The notes under the pieces are model-generated. The model had not been told where the DNA came from. It ran no database searches and worked only from the letters and a program-made list of their open reading frames with translations. DNA of 64,000 bases from an uncultured Spirochaetota bacterium (lineage in GTDB: Bacteria > Spirochaetota > Spirochaetia > SZUA-6 > CAVTHK01). Shown here piece by piece: positions 1 to 10,949 of the stretch (its first letter is position 1; each line of letters starts with the position of its first letter). The DNA lies in the NCBI GenBank assembly GCA_963734495.1, contig CAVTHK010000013.1:416001-480000 (forward strand), written 5' to 3'. The position numbers and the translations under genes were made by a program.

Positions 1-1049
1 CCCGCGAGCGCTGGACCGCGGTGCTCGAGCGCCGCGCCCCCGACCGCGTGCCCATGGATTACTGGGGCACGGACGAGACGGGCGACAAGCTCGATGCGCG
101 CGCTCGGCGCGCCGGACCTCGACGCGGCGCTGGAGCGCCTTCACGTGGACCGTCCGCTCACCGTGGAGCCGGTCTACGCGGGCCCGCCGATCGCCGCCGA
201 CGCCGACGTGTTCGGCGTCGCGCTACCGCATCGTGGACTACGGGACCGGCGCGTACCGCGAGGCGGTCGCGCACCCGATCGCGGGCTTCCGGACCGTCGA
301 CGAGCTGCGAGCGCTCGTACAGGTGGCCCGAGCCCGACTGGTGGGACTACTCCACGATCCGCGCCCAGGTGCGCGGGCAGAGAGCACCGGCCGATCCGCG
401 GAGGCGGCAGCGAGCCCTTCCTCCAGTACGCGAAGATGCGCGGCCGGGAGCAGGCCTTTATCGACCTCGTCGAGAATCCCGAGATGGTGCACTTCTGCCT
501 CGACCATCTCTTCGCCCTCGCCTACGAGAACACGCGTGCGCATCTACGAGCAGATCCCGGGGCAGGTGCTGATCTCGTACGTGGCCGAGGACCTCGGCGC
601 GCAGGAGGGGCTGCTCTATTCGCCGGCGCAGATCCGGACGTTCCTGCTTCCCCGCATGAAGCGCATGATGGAGCTCGTGCGCGGCGCGGGCGCGTACGTG
701 TTCCACCACAGCGACGGCGCGATCCGCGCGATCCTCCCCGACCTGATCGACGCGGGCATCGAGGTGCTGAACCCGGTCCAGTGGCGCTGCCGCGGCATGG
801 AGCGGGCGGCGCTCAAGCGCGACTTCGGCGGCCGGCTCGTCCTTCACGGCGGGGTGGACAACCAGCGGACGCTTCCGTTCGGCTCGGCGGACGAGGTCCG
901 CGCCGAAGTCGAGGAGAACCTGCGCGTGCTCGGCGCGGGCGGAGGCTACATCCTCGCGCCCTGCCACAACATCCAGCCGATCACGCCGGTCGAGAACATC
1001 GTCGCGATGTACGAGGCCGGCTACGAGATCGGGGCGCTCGATGCGCTGA
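1..1049 (+). CDS. Uroporphyrinogen decarboxylase / MtaA-CmuA family protein (5' end outside window, frameshifted, end approximate)
   Basis: Pieces in three frames: 'ERRAPDRVPMDYWGT', 'EDLGAQEGLLYSP', 'FHHSDGAI', 'LNPVQW', 'HGGVDNQRTLPFGS', 'GGYILAPCHNIQPITPVENIVAMY'. Likely stop is TGA at 1047-1049 after a frameshift. Confidence 0.85.
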
Positions 1050-1068
1050 ACCGCCGCGCGGGCGGCAG

Positions 1069-2247
1069 TCAGCGCGTGCCCGCCTCCCAGCCCGGGAGCG
1101 CGCGGCGGGTCCCGGCTTGTACGGCCGTCTTTGCGAGCTCGGCCTCGCGCAGCTCGATGCCGAGCCCCGGTTTCGTCGGGCAGCTCGATCGACCCGTCGC
1201 GCACCTCCAGCGGCTCCACGGCGATCTCGCGGCCGGTCTCCTCGAAGTTCACGAAATACTCGAGGATGATGAAGTTCGGCATCACGGCCGCCGCCTGCAC
1301 GCTGGCGGCCAGGGCCACCGTGGTGCTGTTGTAGTTGTGAGGCGCGACCGCGACCATCCAGGGCTCGGCCATCGCGGCGATCTCCTTGAGCTCGAGGATG
1401 CCGCCGCAGTTGCAGACGTCGGGGTTGATGATGTCGGCGGCGCGCTGCTCGAAGACCTCGCGGAAGGCCGGCCTTTGTGTACAGCGCCTCGCCCGTCACG
1501 ATCGGCAGGCCGGTGTCGCGCCGCACCTCGGCCAGCGCCCGGGAGGTTCTCGGGGGGCACCGGCTCCTCGTACCAGAAGGGCCGCAGCGGAGCGAGCTTC
1601 TTTCCGACGCTCCGGGCGACCGCCGGGGCGAGGCGCCGGTGCGCCTCGACCAGCACCTCGAAGTCGGGCCCGACCGCCTCGCGCACCGCCCGCACGTTGG
1701 CCACGGCCTGGTCTTCGGCCGCGGCGTCGATCCAGGAGCGCCACGGCCCGGGGAACGGGTCGAACTTGAGCGCGCTAAAGCCGCGCGCCTTGACCTCGCG
1801 GGCCGCCCGCGCCAGGTCCTCGGGCGTGCGGCAGCCGGCGTACCAGCCGTTGGCGTAGACCCGGATGCGCGGCCGCACGGCGCCGCCTAAGCATCTGGTA
1901 GACGGGCACGCCGAGCTGCTTGCCCGCCAGGTCCCACATCGCCTGCTCGAGGCCGCTCGCCGCGCAGTAGAGGTCCATCGATCCCCGGCGCGCCGCGAAG
2001 TCGTCGTAGACCATCTGCAGGAAGTGCTTGGTGGTAAAAGGGGCTCGCGCCTTCGAGGTAGCGGCCGAGCTCGTGCACGAGCAGCTCGATGCTGCGGTCG
2101 CGGTCCGGCAGCGTGTACGACTCGCCCCAGCCCGGCCAGGCCGTTGTCGGCCTCCAGGCGGACGAACAGCCACTGCTTGTGCCCGATGAACCCGGCGCGC
2201 GCCGCGCTCGGGTCGACGAGAAAGGTGCGGACGCCCTTGATCTTCAT
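1069..2247 (-). CDS. Mandelate racemase/muconate lactonizing enzyme family protein (galactonate dehydratase-like), frameshifted
   Basis: 'WLFVRLEADNG', 'WDLAGKQLGVPVY', 'IRVYANGW', 'LKFDPF', 'VEAHRR', 'WYEEP', 'TGEALYT', 'APHNYNS', spread over several frames. Confidence 0.85.
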
Positions 2248-2302
2248 GCGGCGCGAGAATAGAGCGGCCGACCCCCGGCGGAGCAAGCGGCTCGCCCGCT
2301 GG

Positions 2303-3366
2303 CTACTGCGGCAGCATCGCCGCCAGCGCGCGCATCCGCCGAGCCCGGGTCCGGATCGCCCCGTAGACCCCGTCGGCGTGCTCCTTGATGGTGCACTGCG
2401 TGTTCGTGTACGGGTTGGCGGCTGTCGCGCGGTCGACCTGCTCCACCCACTCGGGCGGGACCGCGCCGATGCCGGAGAGCGCGCCAGCCAGGCCGCCGGC
2501 CATCGCCGCGATGCAGTCGGTGTCGCGCCCGAAGTTGACGCCGTACAGGATCGCGGTCTTCGCGTCGCCCCTTCGCGAGGGCGAAGACCGACAGCGCCTT
2601 GGTCACCGTCTCGCTCGCGCTCGACATCGCGTAAGGGGTCCCCGACCCCGTTGTAGATCCTGTAGAACTCATCCCGGGCCGCCTCGTAGGCGCCCGTCCG
2701 CTTCACGATCTCGAGCCCGCGCTCCACCTCGCGCCTGATGGGCTCGGTCGCGAGCGCCGAGCGCCGTGGAGAGGACGGAGTCGACGGTCGCTTCGGGCAT
2801 GAGCGCCGCCGCGATCGCGGCGTCGTAGACGCCGGCCCAGACCAGGCCGATGTCGGCGGGGCCGAAGATCAGCCGGCCGACGTCGGCGGCATCGCGGAAC
2901 GCGCCGGCGGGGTCGCACGCGTTGATCAGGCCGATGGGATGGCTCGCGCGCGCCATGGCGTTCAGCCCGTGCCAGGCGCTGAGGCCGCCCACCTCCACCG
3001 CCGGCACCCCGACCTTCATGAAGCGCACGAGCTTGATGTCGTCGGGCTCGCTCATGTACCACATCTTGTCCGGGTCGACGACTTCGGCCGCGACCTTCGC
3101 CAGGTCCTCGGCGGTGATGCGGTCCTGCTTCGCGATGATCGCCCGGCACATCAGCTTCTGCCGCTCGATCCCGTCCTCCGTCGTCCCGGGCATCCGCTCC
3201 CAGTCGACGCCGCGGTAGGCGTAGTGCTTGTACGGGTGGAACGGTCCACGAACCCGTAGGTGTCCCGGATGCGCTCGGGCGACCAGCCCTCCACGGCCGC
3301 CCCCATCGCGGAGGCGACGCGCGAGGCCGCCAGGCAACCGTAGACTTTCTCGTGCATGCTGGGCAT
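2303..3366 (-). CDS. ADP-ribosylglycohydrolase family protein (copy 1), frameshifted
   Basis: '[20 protein letters not shown]', '[10 protein letters not shown]', '[11 protein letters not shown]', '[24 protein letters not shown]'. Confidence 0.85.
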
Positions 3367-3393
3367 GAATCCTCCTATCTCGACGTTTGCCGC

Positions 3394-4423
3394 TCAGGCG
3401 GCGGGCACTCCGGACAAAGAAAGCTCGCGGGCCCGATGGCAGCTCGCCGCGTGGCCTGGTACCACCTCTTCCAGCGGCGGGGGCTCCACGCGACAGCGGT
3501 CGACCACGTAGGGGCACCGCGGATGGAACGGGCAGCCCGGGGGCGGGTTGGCAGGGTCGGGCACTTCGCCCTCGAGGATGATCCTTTCGATCTTCGTCTC
3601 GGGATCGGTCTTGGGGACGGCGGACATCAGCGCCTCGGTGTACGGGTGCCTGGGGTTGAGGTAGAGCTCCTCGGTTTCGGCGACCTCGACGAGCTTGCCG
3701 ACGTACATGACGGCGACGCGGTCCGAGATGTGCTCGACCACGCTCAGGTCGTGAGAGATGAACAGCGTAGGTCAGCTGCAGCTCGCTCTGCAGGTCCTGC
3801 AGGAGGTTCAGGGTCTGCGCCCTGACCGAAACGTCGAGCGCCGAGACCGGCTCGTCGGCGACCACGAGCCGGGGCCGGGTCGCGAGGGCGCGCGCGATCC
3901 CGATGCGCTGGCGCTCGCCGCCGCTGAACGCGTGCGGATAGCGCCGCATGTATTCGGGCCGCAGGCCGACCCGTTTGAGCATGTCGGCGACGCGGTCTTC
4001 GAGCTCCCTGCCCCGCGCGAGGCGATTCACCAGCAGCGGCTCGCCGACGATCTCCAGGAGGGTCATCCGGGGGTTCAGGGAGGAATACGGGTCCTGGAAG
4101 ATCATCTGCATGTCGCGCCGCAGAGGCTGCATCCCCCTGTCGTCGATCCGTGCCACGTCGACGACGTCGTCAGGCGCGCGGGCAAAAAGGATCTCGCCGC
4201 TCGTCGGCTCGATCCCGCGGAGCACGCAGCGGCCCGCGGTCGTCTTGCCGCAGCCGCTTTCGCCCACGAGGCCGAGGGTCTCGCCCTCGGCGATGGCGAA
4301 GCTCACGTCGTCGACGGCCTTGACCGTCCCGACGGCCCGCCTGAGAAGCCCGCGGCGCACCGGAAAGTGCTTGCGGAGGCGCCTGACCTCCAGGAGCGGC
4401 GCGTCGCCACGCGAGCCGCTCAT
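3394..4423 (-). CDS. Oligopeptide/dipeptide ABC transporter ATP-binding protein (OppF-like), frameshift near 3770
   Basis: GESGCGKT Walker A, FSGGERQR signature, [10 protein letters not shown]-terminal 'HPYTEAL...GCPFHPRC'. Confidence 0.93.
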
Positions 4424-5446
4424 GGCGATCCCCCGTAGAGAAAGCAGGCGACCTTGCGGGCACCGCCCAGATCCACGAGAGGCGGCTGCGTCGCGTCGCA
4501 GACGCCCGGCATGAACGAGGGGCAGCGCGGGTGGAACGGGCAGCCCGTCGGCCTGTGGTAAGGGCTCGGCACCATCCCGGACACCGGCGTGAGGCGGGCG
4601 CGGGCTTTCCTGCCGACCTTCGGGATGGAGCTCAGCAGAGCCTGCGTGTACGGATGCTTCGGGTCGCGGAAGAGGCGGACCACATCGGAAACCTCCACCA
4701 CGCGGCCCAGGTACATGACGACGACGCGCTGCGCCACCTCGGCGACCACGCCGAGGTCATGGGTGATCATCACGATCCCCATGCCGTGCTCCTGCTTGAG
4801 GCGCATCATCAGGCGCAGGATCTGCGCCTGCGTGGTCACGTCCAGCGCGGTCGTCGGCTCGTCCGCGATCAGGAGCGCCGGCCTGCACGACAGCGCCATG
4901 GCGATCATCACCCTCTGCCGCATGCCGCCGCTCAGCTTGTGCGGGTACTCGTCGACGAGCTGCTCGGGCTGCGCCATTCCCACCTCGCGCAGCAGCGCGA
5001 CGGCCTCCTCGCGGGCGCCGGCGGCCGTGACGTCCCGGTGCTGCCGGATCGCCTCGATGACCTGGTTCCCCACGGTGTAGACCGGGCTGAGCGCCGTCAT
5101 CGGCTCCTGGAAGATCATGGCGATCTCGGCCCCGCGTATCGAGCGGATCTCCGCGCCGTTCGGCGTCGAGCCCGGCCAGGTCGACGACACCGTCCGAGGC
5201 CCGGGGCTTCACCAGGCCCCGATGATAGAGGATGCGTCCCTCCACGATCCGCCCCGGCTGGTCGACGATCCGCAGGATCGAGCGGGCGGCGACGCTCTTG
5301 CCGCAGCCGCTCTCGCCGACGACCCCGAGGGTCTCGCCGACCCTGATGTCGAAGGTCGCGCCGTCGACAGCCTTGACCGTCCCTTCGTCCAGGGGGAACT
5401 GCGTCTTGAGGTTCTCGATGCTGATGAGGACCGGCGGTTCCGCCAT
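4420..5446 (-). CDS. Oligopeptide/dipeptide ABC transporter ATP-binding protein (OppD-like), frameshift near 5180
   Basis: GESGCGKS, '[12 protein letters not shown]', [17 protein letters not shown], 'GCPFHPRC'. Confidence 0.93.
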
Positions 5447-5448
5447 GC

Positions 5449-6618
5449 TCACCGGCCGTACGGGTCGGCCGCGTCGCGCAGGCCGTCGCCGAGAAAGTTC
5501 AGCGCGAGGACCGCGAGCACGACGGCCGCGCCGGGTATGAGGAGCCACGGCGCCGTCGCGACCGCGCGGATGTTCTGCGCGTCCTGCAGCAGCACGCCCC
5601 AGCTGATCGCCGGGTACCGGAGACCGAGGCCGAGAAAGCTCAAGGCGGTCTCGCTCAGGATCATCTCGGGCACGGCGAGCGTCAGCGCCGCGATGATATG
5701 GCTCATGAACGAGGGCACCATGTGGCGGAAGATGATCCGCGTCCGCGAAGAGCCGTTGATCCTGGCGGCCATCACGAAGTCTTCTTCGCGCAGCGCCAGG
5801 AAGCGGCCGCGCACGACGCGGGCCAGGCCGGTCCACCCGACCAGGGACAGGATGATCGTGATGCCGAAGTACACGCGTACCGGCGGCCAGCTGGGGGGCA
5901 GGGCCGCGGTCAACGACATCCACAGGGGCATCGTCGGCATCGAGCGAAGGAACTCGATCACCCGCTGGATCGCGGTGTCGAGCGTCCCGCCGTAGTAGCC
6001 GGAGACGCCGCCGATCGCGACCCCCAGCACGAAGCTGAGGATCACGCCGACGAGGCCGACCGACATCGAGATGCGAGCGCCGTAGACCACCCTGGAATAC
6101 AGGTCCCGCCCCTGGGCGTCGGCGCCGAAGAGGAACACCCGCCCGTCGGCGCCCGCGACGCCGAAGAGGTGGAAATCGGCCGGGAACAGCCCCCAGAGCT
6201 TGTAGGGCGCGCCCCGCACAAAGAGGCGTACGGGGTACGCTTTGCTCGTGTCTGTCCGGTAGACCATGGCCAGGGTCTCAAGATCACGTTTCTGGGTGTG
6301 GCCGTAGACGAACGGCCACAGGTGCGGGCGTCCCGCCGCGTCGACCCAGCGCAGCGGCGTCGGCGGCTCGTAGGCGTGCCGCCTGTCCTGAGCTTCCGGA
6401 TCGTATGCGGAGAGCGGCTCGGCGAAGATCGCCACGAGGTACAGGATGATCACGACCACGCCGCAGGCAATCGCCAGGCGGTGCTTGCGGAACTTCCACC
6501 AGACGAGCTGCCACTGGGAGGCCACGTAGACGCGCTCGTCCGCCGCGTCGATGATCGGCGGATGGATCACCTTCTTCCTCAGCCTCAGCCTCAGCCTCAG
6601 GCTCAGCCTCAGACCCAT
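5449..6618 (-). CDS. ABC transporter permease (OppC/DppC-like)
   Basis: 'WWKFRKHRLA', 'FGADAQGRDLYSR', 'ETALSFLGLG', 'LNFLGDGLRDAADP'. Confidence 0.93.
   Translation of the reverse strand: MGLRLSLRLRLRLRKKVIHPPIIDAADERVYVASQWQLVWWKFRKHRLAIACGVVVIILYLVAIFAEPLSAYDPEAQDRRHAYEPPTPLRWVDAAGRPHLWPFVYGHTQKRDLETLAMVYRTDTSKAYPVRLFVRGAPYKLWGLFPADFHLFGVAGADGRVFLFGADAQGRDLYSRVVYGARISMSVGLVGVILSFVLGVAIGGVSGYYGGTLDTAIQRVIEFLRSMPTMPLWMSLTAALPPSWPPVRVYFGITIILSLVGWTGLARVVRGRFLALREEDFVMAARINGSSRTRIIFRHMVPSFMSHIIAALTLAVPEMILSETALSFLGLGLRYPAISWGVLLQDAQNIRAVATAPWLLIPGAAVVLAVLALNFLGDGLRDAADPYGR
6577..6612. repeat. Hexanucleotide tandem repeat (CCTCAG)x6 with one GCTCAG variant, in frame at the OppC N-terminus
   Basis: Read directly; encodes LRLSLRLRLRLR on the minus strand. 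Confidence 0.9.
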
Positions 6619-6639
6619 GACCGCCTCACCACGCCTCCC

Positions 6640-7625
6640 CTACTGCAGCCGGATCCGCGGATCGAGCCAGGCAAGCAGGATGTCGGAGATCAGCGTCCCG
6701 ATCACAGTCAGGATGCTGAGCATCATCACGATCGTCCCCGCGAGGTACATGTCCTGCGACAGCAGTGCACGCAGCAGGATCGGTCCTGTGGTCGCGCAGG
6801 TTGAGCACCACCGAGACGATCACCGACCCGGAGACCAGGCCCGGCAGCGTCCAGCCGACCGTGCTGATAAAAGGGTTCAGCGCGACGCGCACGGGGTGCT
6901 TGAGGATGAGCTTCGCCTCGGGCATCCCCTTGGAGCGGCTGGTGACCACGTAGGGCTTGTGCAGCTCGTCGAGCAGGTTGGCGCGCATGATGCGGATCAG
7001 GCCCGCGGTGCCCCCCATCCCGAGCACGACCATCGGGATCCAGAGGTGCTTGAGCAGGTCCAGCAGCTTGCCGACGCTCCACGGCGCGTCGACGTACCGC
7101 GTCGAGAAGAGGCCTCCCACGCTGATGCCGAACCACGAAAAGGCCAGCCACATGACGACCAGGGCGAGCAGGAACGGGGGGATGCCCAGCCCCACGAAAG
7201 ACAAGAAGGTAAAGACGTGATCGCCGACCGAGTACTGCCTGATCGCCGAGTAGATGCCGACTGGAAAGGCGACGATCCAGATAAAGACGAGCGAGCCCAG
7301 CGACAGCACGAAGGTCAGCCCGATGCGCTCCCAGATCAGGTCCTTGACCGGCGTCTTCCACGTGAGCGACATGCCGAAGTCTCCGTGCAGCATGCCGCCG
7401 ACCCACTTGAGGTACTGGACGGTAGATCGGCTTGTCGAGGCCGTACTGCGCCTTGAGCGAGTCGATCAGGGCCTGGTCGACGAGCTGCCCCGCGCTCTCC
7501 AGGGTCATGATGTACGAAGTGAGGAAGTCACCGGGCGGCAGCTGGATGACGGCGAACGATATGATCGAGATCAGGATGATGGTGGGAATGAGGAGAAGCA
7601 CTCTCCGCGCAACGAACTCGAGCAT
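6640..7625 (-). CDS. ABC transporter permease (OppB/DppB-like), frameshifted
   Basis: 'IQLPPGDFLTSY', 'LHGDFGMS', 'MRANLLDELHKPYVVTSRSKG', C-terminal 'LDPRIR'. Confidence 0.92.
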
Positions 7626-7641
7626 GGGTCTTCGCAGCCGG

Positions 7642-8754
7642 TCAGTCGGCGGCCTGCGCCGCCTCCAGGTCGGCCAGCCGGCGCTTCGACTTCTGCATCT
7701 CGTTCAGGACCGCCCCGTAGAGGCCGTCGGCCGTCTCGCGGCAGGAGAGATGGGAGACGGTGTGCTCGGCCGCCGCCTCGGCCTTGTCCACGGTCTCGAT
7801 CCACCGCCGCGGGATCGTTGCCGTGCCGCTCAGGGCGCCCGAGAAGCCGGACGCGATCGCGGTCACGCAGTCGGTGTCGCGTCCGAAGTTGACGCCGCCG
7901 ATGATCGTCTTCTTCACGTCACCGGCGGTGACGTAGAAGATCGCGAGGCCTTTGGCGAGCAGCTCCTCGCTGAAGTCGCCGGGAAGGCCCGCGTAGCGGG
8001 CGTTCATCTCGTCGCGCATGGCGAGCGCGTCCCCGTGCTTCGCCGCGACCTCCATGCAGGCGTCGATCTCGGCGCGCACCGCGTCGCCGCAGTGGCGGCG
8101 CACGGTCTCTACGACGGCGTCGCGCGTGGCCCGCGGCTTGCACGCTTCGGCCAGCCCGGCGACGTAGGCCGCCGCGCAGGGGAGGCCCGTGCTGAACGTG
8201 GGCTGGTAGAGCATGCCGACCTCCCACGCGTCGCGGGCCGCGGACTCGGGGTCGCACGCGTTGACAAGCCCGATCGGGTGGCAGGCGCGAGTGAACGAAA
8301 CGATTCCAGGCCAGGCCGAGAACATGCCGACGTAGTTGGCCGGCACCCCCGCCTTGACGAAGGGGTACAGCAGCGCGTCGCCGACCCACATTCGGTAGCC
8401 GAAGTCGCGTTTCTCGTCGACGTCGCGCACGATGACGGCAGCGAGGTCGCTCGCCGTGATGCGTCCCTTCTTCTCTATGATCGCCGTGCAGATGAGCTTC
8501 TGGCGCTCGATCCCGTCCTCGGTCTCCCCCGCCCTGGCGTCCTGCGGGTAGCGCCAGAAGTACCTCTCCGACCAGGCCTGGGCGCGCCGCAGCACCGGCT
8601 CACTGGTGCGCGAAGGCCGGTCGGCGAGGTCCTCGACCACGCCGTAGACCTGCTTGATGCGTTCGACGCTCCACCCCTCGGTGAGCGTCCCCATGGATGA
8701 GCCGATCCGGGACGCGGCGATGCATCCGTAGATCCTGTCGTGCAGGTTAGCCAT
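7642..8754 (-). CDS. ADP-ribosylglycohydrolase family protein (copy 2)
   Basis: 'IYGCIAASRIGSSMGTLTEGW', '[10 protein letters not shown]', 'HPIGLVNACDP', '[15 protein letters not shown]'. Confidence 0.87.
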   Translation of the reverse strand: MANLHDRIYGCIAASRIGSSMGTLTEGWSVERIKQVYGVVEDLADRPSRTSEPVLRRAQAWSERYFWRYPQDARAGETEDGIERQKLICTAIIEKKGRITASDLAAVIVRDVDEKRDFGYRMWVGDALLYPFVKAGVPANYVGMFSAWPGIVSFTRACHPIGLVNACDPESAARDAWEVGMLYQPTFSTGLPCAAAYVAGLAEACKPRATRDAVVETVRRHCGDAVRAEIDACMEVAAKHGDALAMRDEMNARYAGLPGDFSEELLAKGLAIFYVTAGDVKKTIIGGVNFGRDTDCVTAIASGFSGALSGTATIPRRWIETVDKAEAAAEHTVSHLSCRETADGLYGAVLNEMQKSKRRLADLEAAQAAD

Positions 8755-8822
8755 GAGACGATGCGTCCTCCCAAAACGCGCCTGAGGGCCGCGCAGCGGC
8801 CCCCAGGTCATCGGAACAGATC

Positions 8823-10790
8823 TCAGTCCTTGAAGTACCACTGCTCCGGGGCATACGGCAGCCAGAACCATTCGGCCGCGCCCCACCAGCTCCGCTTCTT
8901 GTCCGCGGCGAACACGTTCTCCAGGTTGTTCTTGATCACGACCGGCGACGGACCCTCGCCCACGATGCCGATAACCCAGAGATTCCTGGCGATGAGATCG
9001 TAGACCTTGATTCCGGCCTGCGCGTACTCCGGGGTGCCCATCACGGTCTCCTGCCACTTGCCGTAGGCATCGAAGAGATCCTTGGCCTCCTGCGGGGGCT
9101 CGGTCCCCGACTTTCCCCCCGAGATGAACCAGTCCCGCCACGCCTTGCCCCACGTGATGGCGGAGTCGCCGCCCGGGCCCAGTTTCTGCGTCGAGCCGTA
9201 GGTGTAGGCCGCGCGCTCGAGCTGCCGGTCGACGTGCCAGCCGCTGGCGTCGTGCGTCCCGGCGTTCAGCCGGGTGAGCAGGTAGCTGCGCTCGCGCTCG
9301 GCCGCATCGACCTTGAGCCCCACCTTGGCAAGCTGCTTCACCACGAGCTCGAAGGTCTGCTTCTTCGGGCCTTCATGCGGCAGGTATTCGAGCTGGAACG
9401 CCATCGGCTTTCCGTCGGGCCGCAGGCGCACGCCGTCCGGCCCCCTCTTGTCGAGGCCGACCGCGTCGAGCAGCTTGTTGGCGAGGGCCGGGTCGTACTG
9501 CGCGTAGTTGTCGGCCCATTCCTTCTTGAAGAACGAGGCGCTCTCGTTGATGGTGGCCTGCCTGGGCGTCGCCTGGCCGAGGAAGACCAGCTCATTGATC
9601 TCGTTGCGGTCGATCGCGACCGAGAGCGCCTGGCGGAACCGCACGTCGCCGAAGATCTGCTTGAGGACCGGGTCCTTGTGGTTCTGGTTCAGCGCGATCG
9701 CCACGTCGGCGCCTCGCTCCGAGGAGATCAGCCTGACCGTGTAGCCGCCGGCCTTCTCGCGTTCCTTGAGCACCGGATAGTTGATGAGCAGAAGGTCGAG
9801 CCCCGAGAAGCTCACGTCGCCCGAGATTGCCTTGAGGTTGACCACGTCGAGGCTCGAGGCGTACTCCACGGTCACCTTGTCGATGTAGGGGAGCTGCTTC
9901 CCCTGCGTGTCCACCTTCCAGTAGTACGGGTTGCGCTCGTAGTACTGGCGCTGGCTGTCGTTCTTGATCGGCCGCCAGGGGCCGAGCACCGGGATGTCGG
10001 CTTCCATGACGCCGTAGTTCCAGTTGAAGGCGATCTTGAGGAAGCGGGCCTTCCAGTCGTCAAAGCCCAACGCCTTGGCTTCCTTGTCCGCGTTGGGGTT
10101 GTACTTGATGTGGTACTTCTGCAGCCAGTGCTTCGGCCGCCAGGGCTCGATCGGCGCTCCGGAGTAGTGGATCAGGGCGAAGGCCGGGTTGGGCACCGCG
10201 AAGTCGAACCGCACGGTGTAGTCATCGACCTTGGTGACCTTCATCGGCTGCTTGCCCGGCTGCCACTGCGTCGACAGGGTGGGCGCAAGGTCCTTGTTGA
10301 ACTGGAAGTCGTCGAAGTAGAACATCATGTCGTCGGCGTTGAAGGGCTCGCCGTCGGACCACTTGATGCCCTTGCGCAGCCTGATCGTGCAGGTCTTGTT
10401 GTCGCTGGAGAACTCGTAGCCCTCGGCGACTTCGGGCGTGATCGTGTTGAGGTCGTCCGAGAAGCGGAAGAGGCCCGCGACCATCCCGATCTGCGCATCG
10501 TTGGTCGTCTCGGGCGCCAGGCCCGTGCCGTACAGCGTTCCGCCGTACTTTCCCACGGAGTTCGCGGGCTTCACGACGACCGGGTTGGGAGGCAGCCGCT
10601 GCGCCACCGGCGGGAGCTTGCCTGCCCGCACCAGCTCCGCGAGCATCGGCGCCTCGCTGAGCTTGCCGGGCGCCGCGGCCGCGGCCTGCGGCGTGCCCGC
10701 CTGCTCCGGCTTGCCGTTTGCCTGTATCGGAAGACTTGCGCACACGAGGAGCGCAAGCGCGACGAGAATGAACAGAGAGCGGTCCCTCAC
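8823..10790 (-). CDS. ABC transporter substrate-binding protein, family 5
   Basis: GTG start after AAGGAG, signal peptide, 'EAPMLAELVRAGKLPPVAQRLP', 'LRKGIKWSDG', 'ERNPYYWKVDTQGKQLPYID'. Confidence 0.93.
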   Translation of the reverse strand: MRDRSLFILVALALLVCASLPIQANGKPEQAGTPQAAAAAPGKLSEAPMLAELVRAGKLPPVAQRLPPNPVVVKPANSVGKYGGTLYGTGLAPETTNDAQIGMVAGLFRFSDDLNTITPEVAEGYEFSSDNKTCTIRLRKGIKWSDGEPFNADDMMFYFDDFQFNKDLAPTLSTQWQPGKQPMKVTKVDDYTVRFDFAVPNPAFALIHYSGAPIEPWRPKHWLQKYHIKYNPNADKEAKALGFDDWKARFLKIAFNWNYGVMEADIPVLGPWRPIKNDSQRQYYERNPYYWKVDTQGKQLPYIDKVTVEYASSLDVVNLKAISGDVSFSGLDLLLINYPVLKEREKAGGYTVRLISSERGADVAIALNQNHKDPVLKQIFGDVRFRQALSVAIDRNEINELVFLGQATPRQATINESASFFKKEWADNYAQYDPALANKLLDAVGLDKRGPDGVRLRPDGKPMAFQLEYLPHEGPKKQTFELVVKQLAKVGLKVDAAERERSYLLTRLNAGTHDASGWHVDRQLERAAYTYGSTQKLGPGGDSAITWGKAWRDWFISGGKSGTEPPQEAKDLFDAYGKWQETVMGTPEYAQAGIKVYDLIARNLWVIGIVGEGPSPVVIKNNLENVFAADKKRSWWGAAEWFWLPYAPEQWYFKD

Positions 10791-10836
10791 ATCCAGCTCC
10801 TTTCGAGCCCGCCCGCAGGCGCGCTCGTGGTCGCGA

Positions 10837-10879
10837 ATATCGTACGGGAATTGTAGGATATGAAGTCCGGCGCGGTCAA
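10837..10879 (-). promoter_or_regulatory. Sigma70-type promoter TTGACC-N18-TACAAT with an overlapping inverted repeat (candidate operator)
   Basis: -35 at 10874-10879 and -10 at 10850-10855 on the minus strand; ATATCGTAC-N7-GTAGGATAT (10837-10861) is an 8/9 inverted repeat. Confidence 0.65.
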
Positions 10880-10925
10880 ATTCGGCTGCACCCCGCTGCA
10901 CCCCGCCAAGCCCCGTCGAACCGGA

Positions 10926-10947
10926 CGCGGCGGAGGCCTCCGCCGCG
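10926..10947. terminator. Perfect 22-bp palindrome just 3' of the molybdoenzyme operon (possible terminator hairpin, no U-tract)
   Basis: CGCGGCGGAGGCCTCCGCCGCG lies 2 nt after the stop codon at 10950. Confidence 0.4.
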
Positions 10948-10949
10948 GG

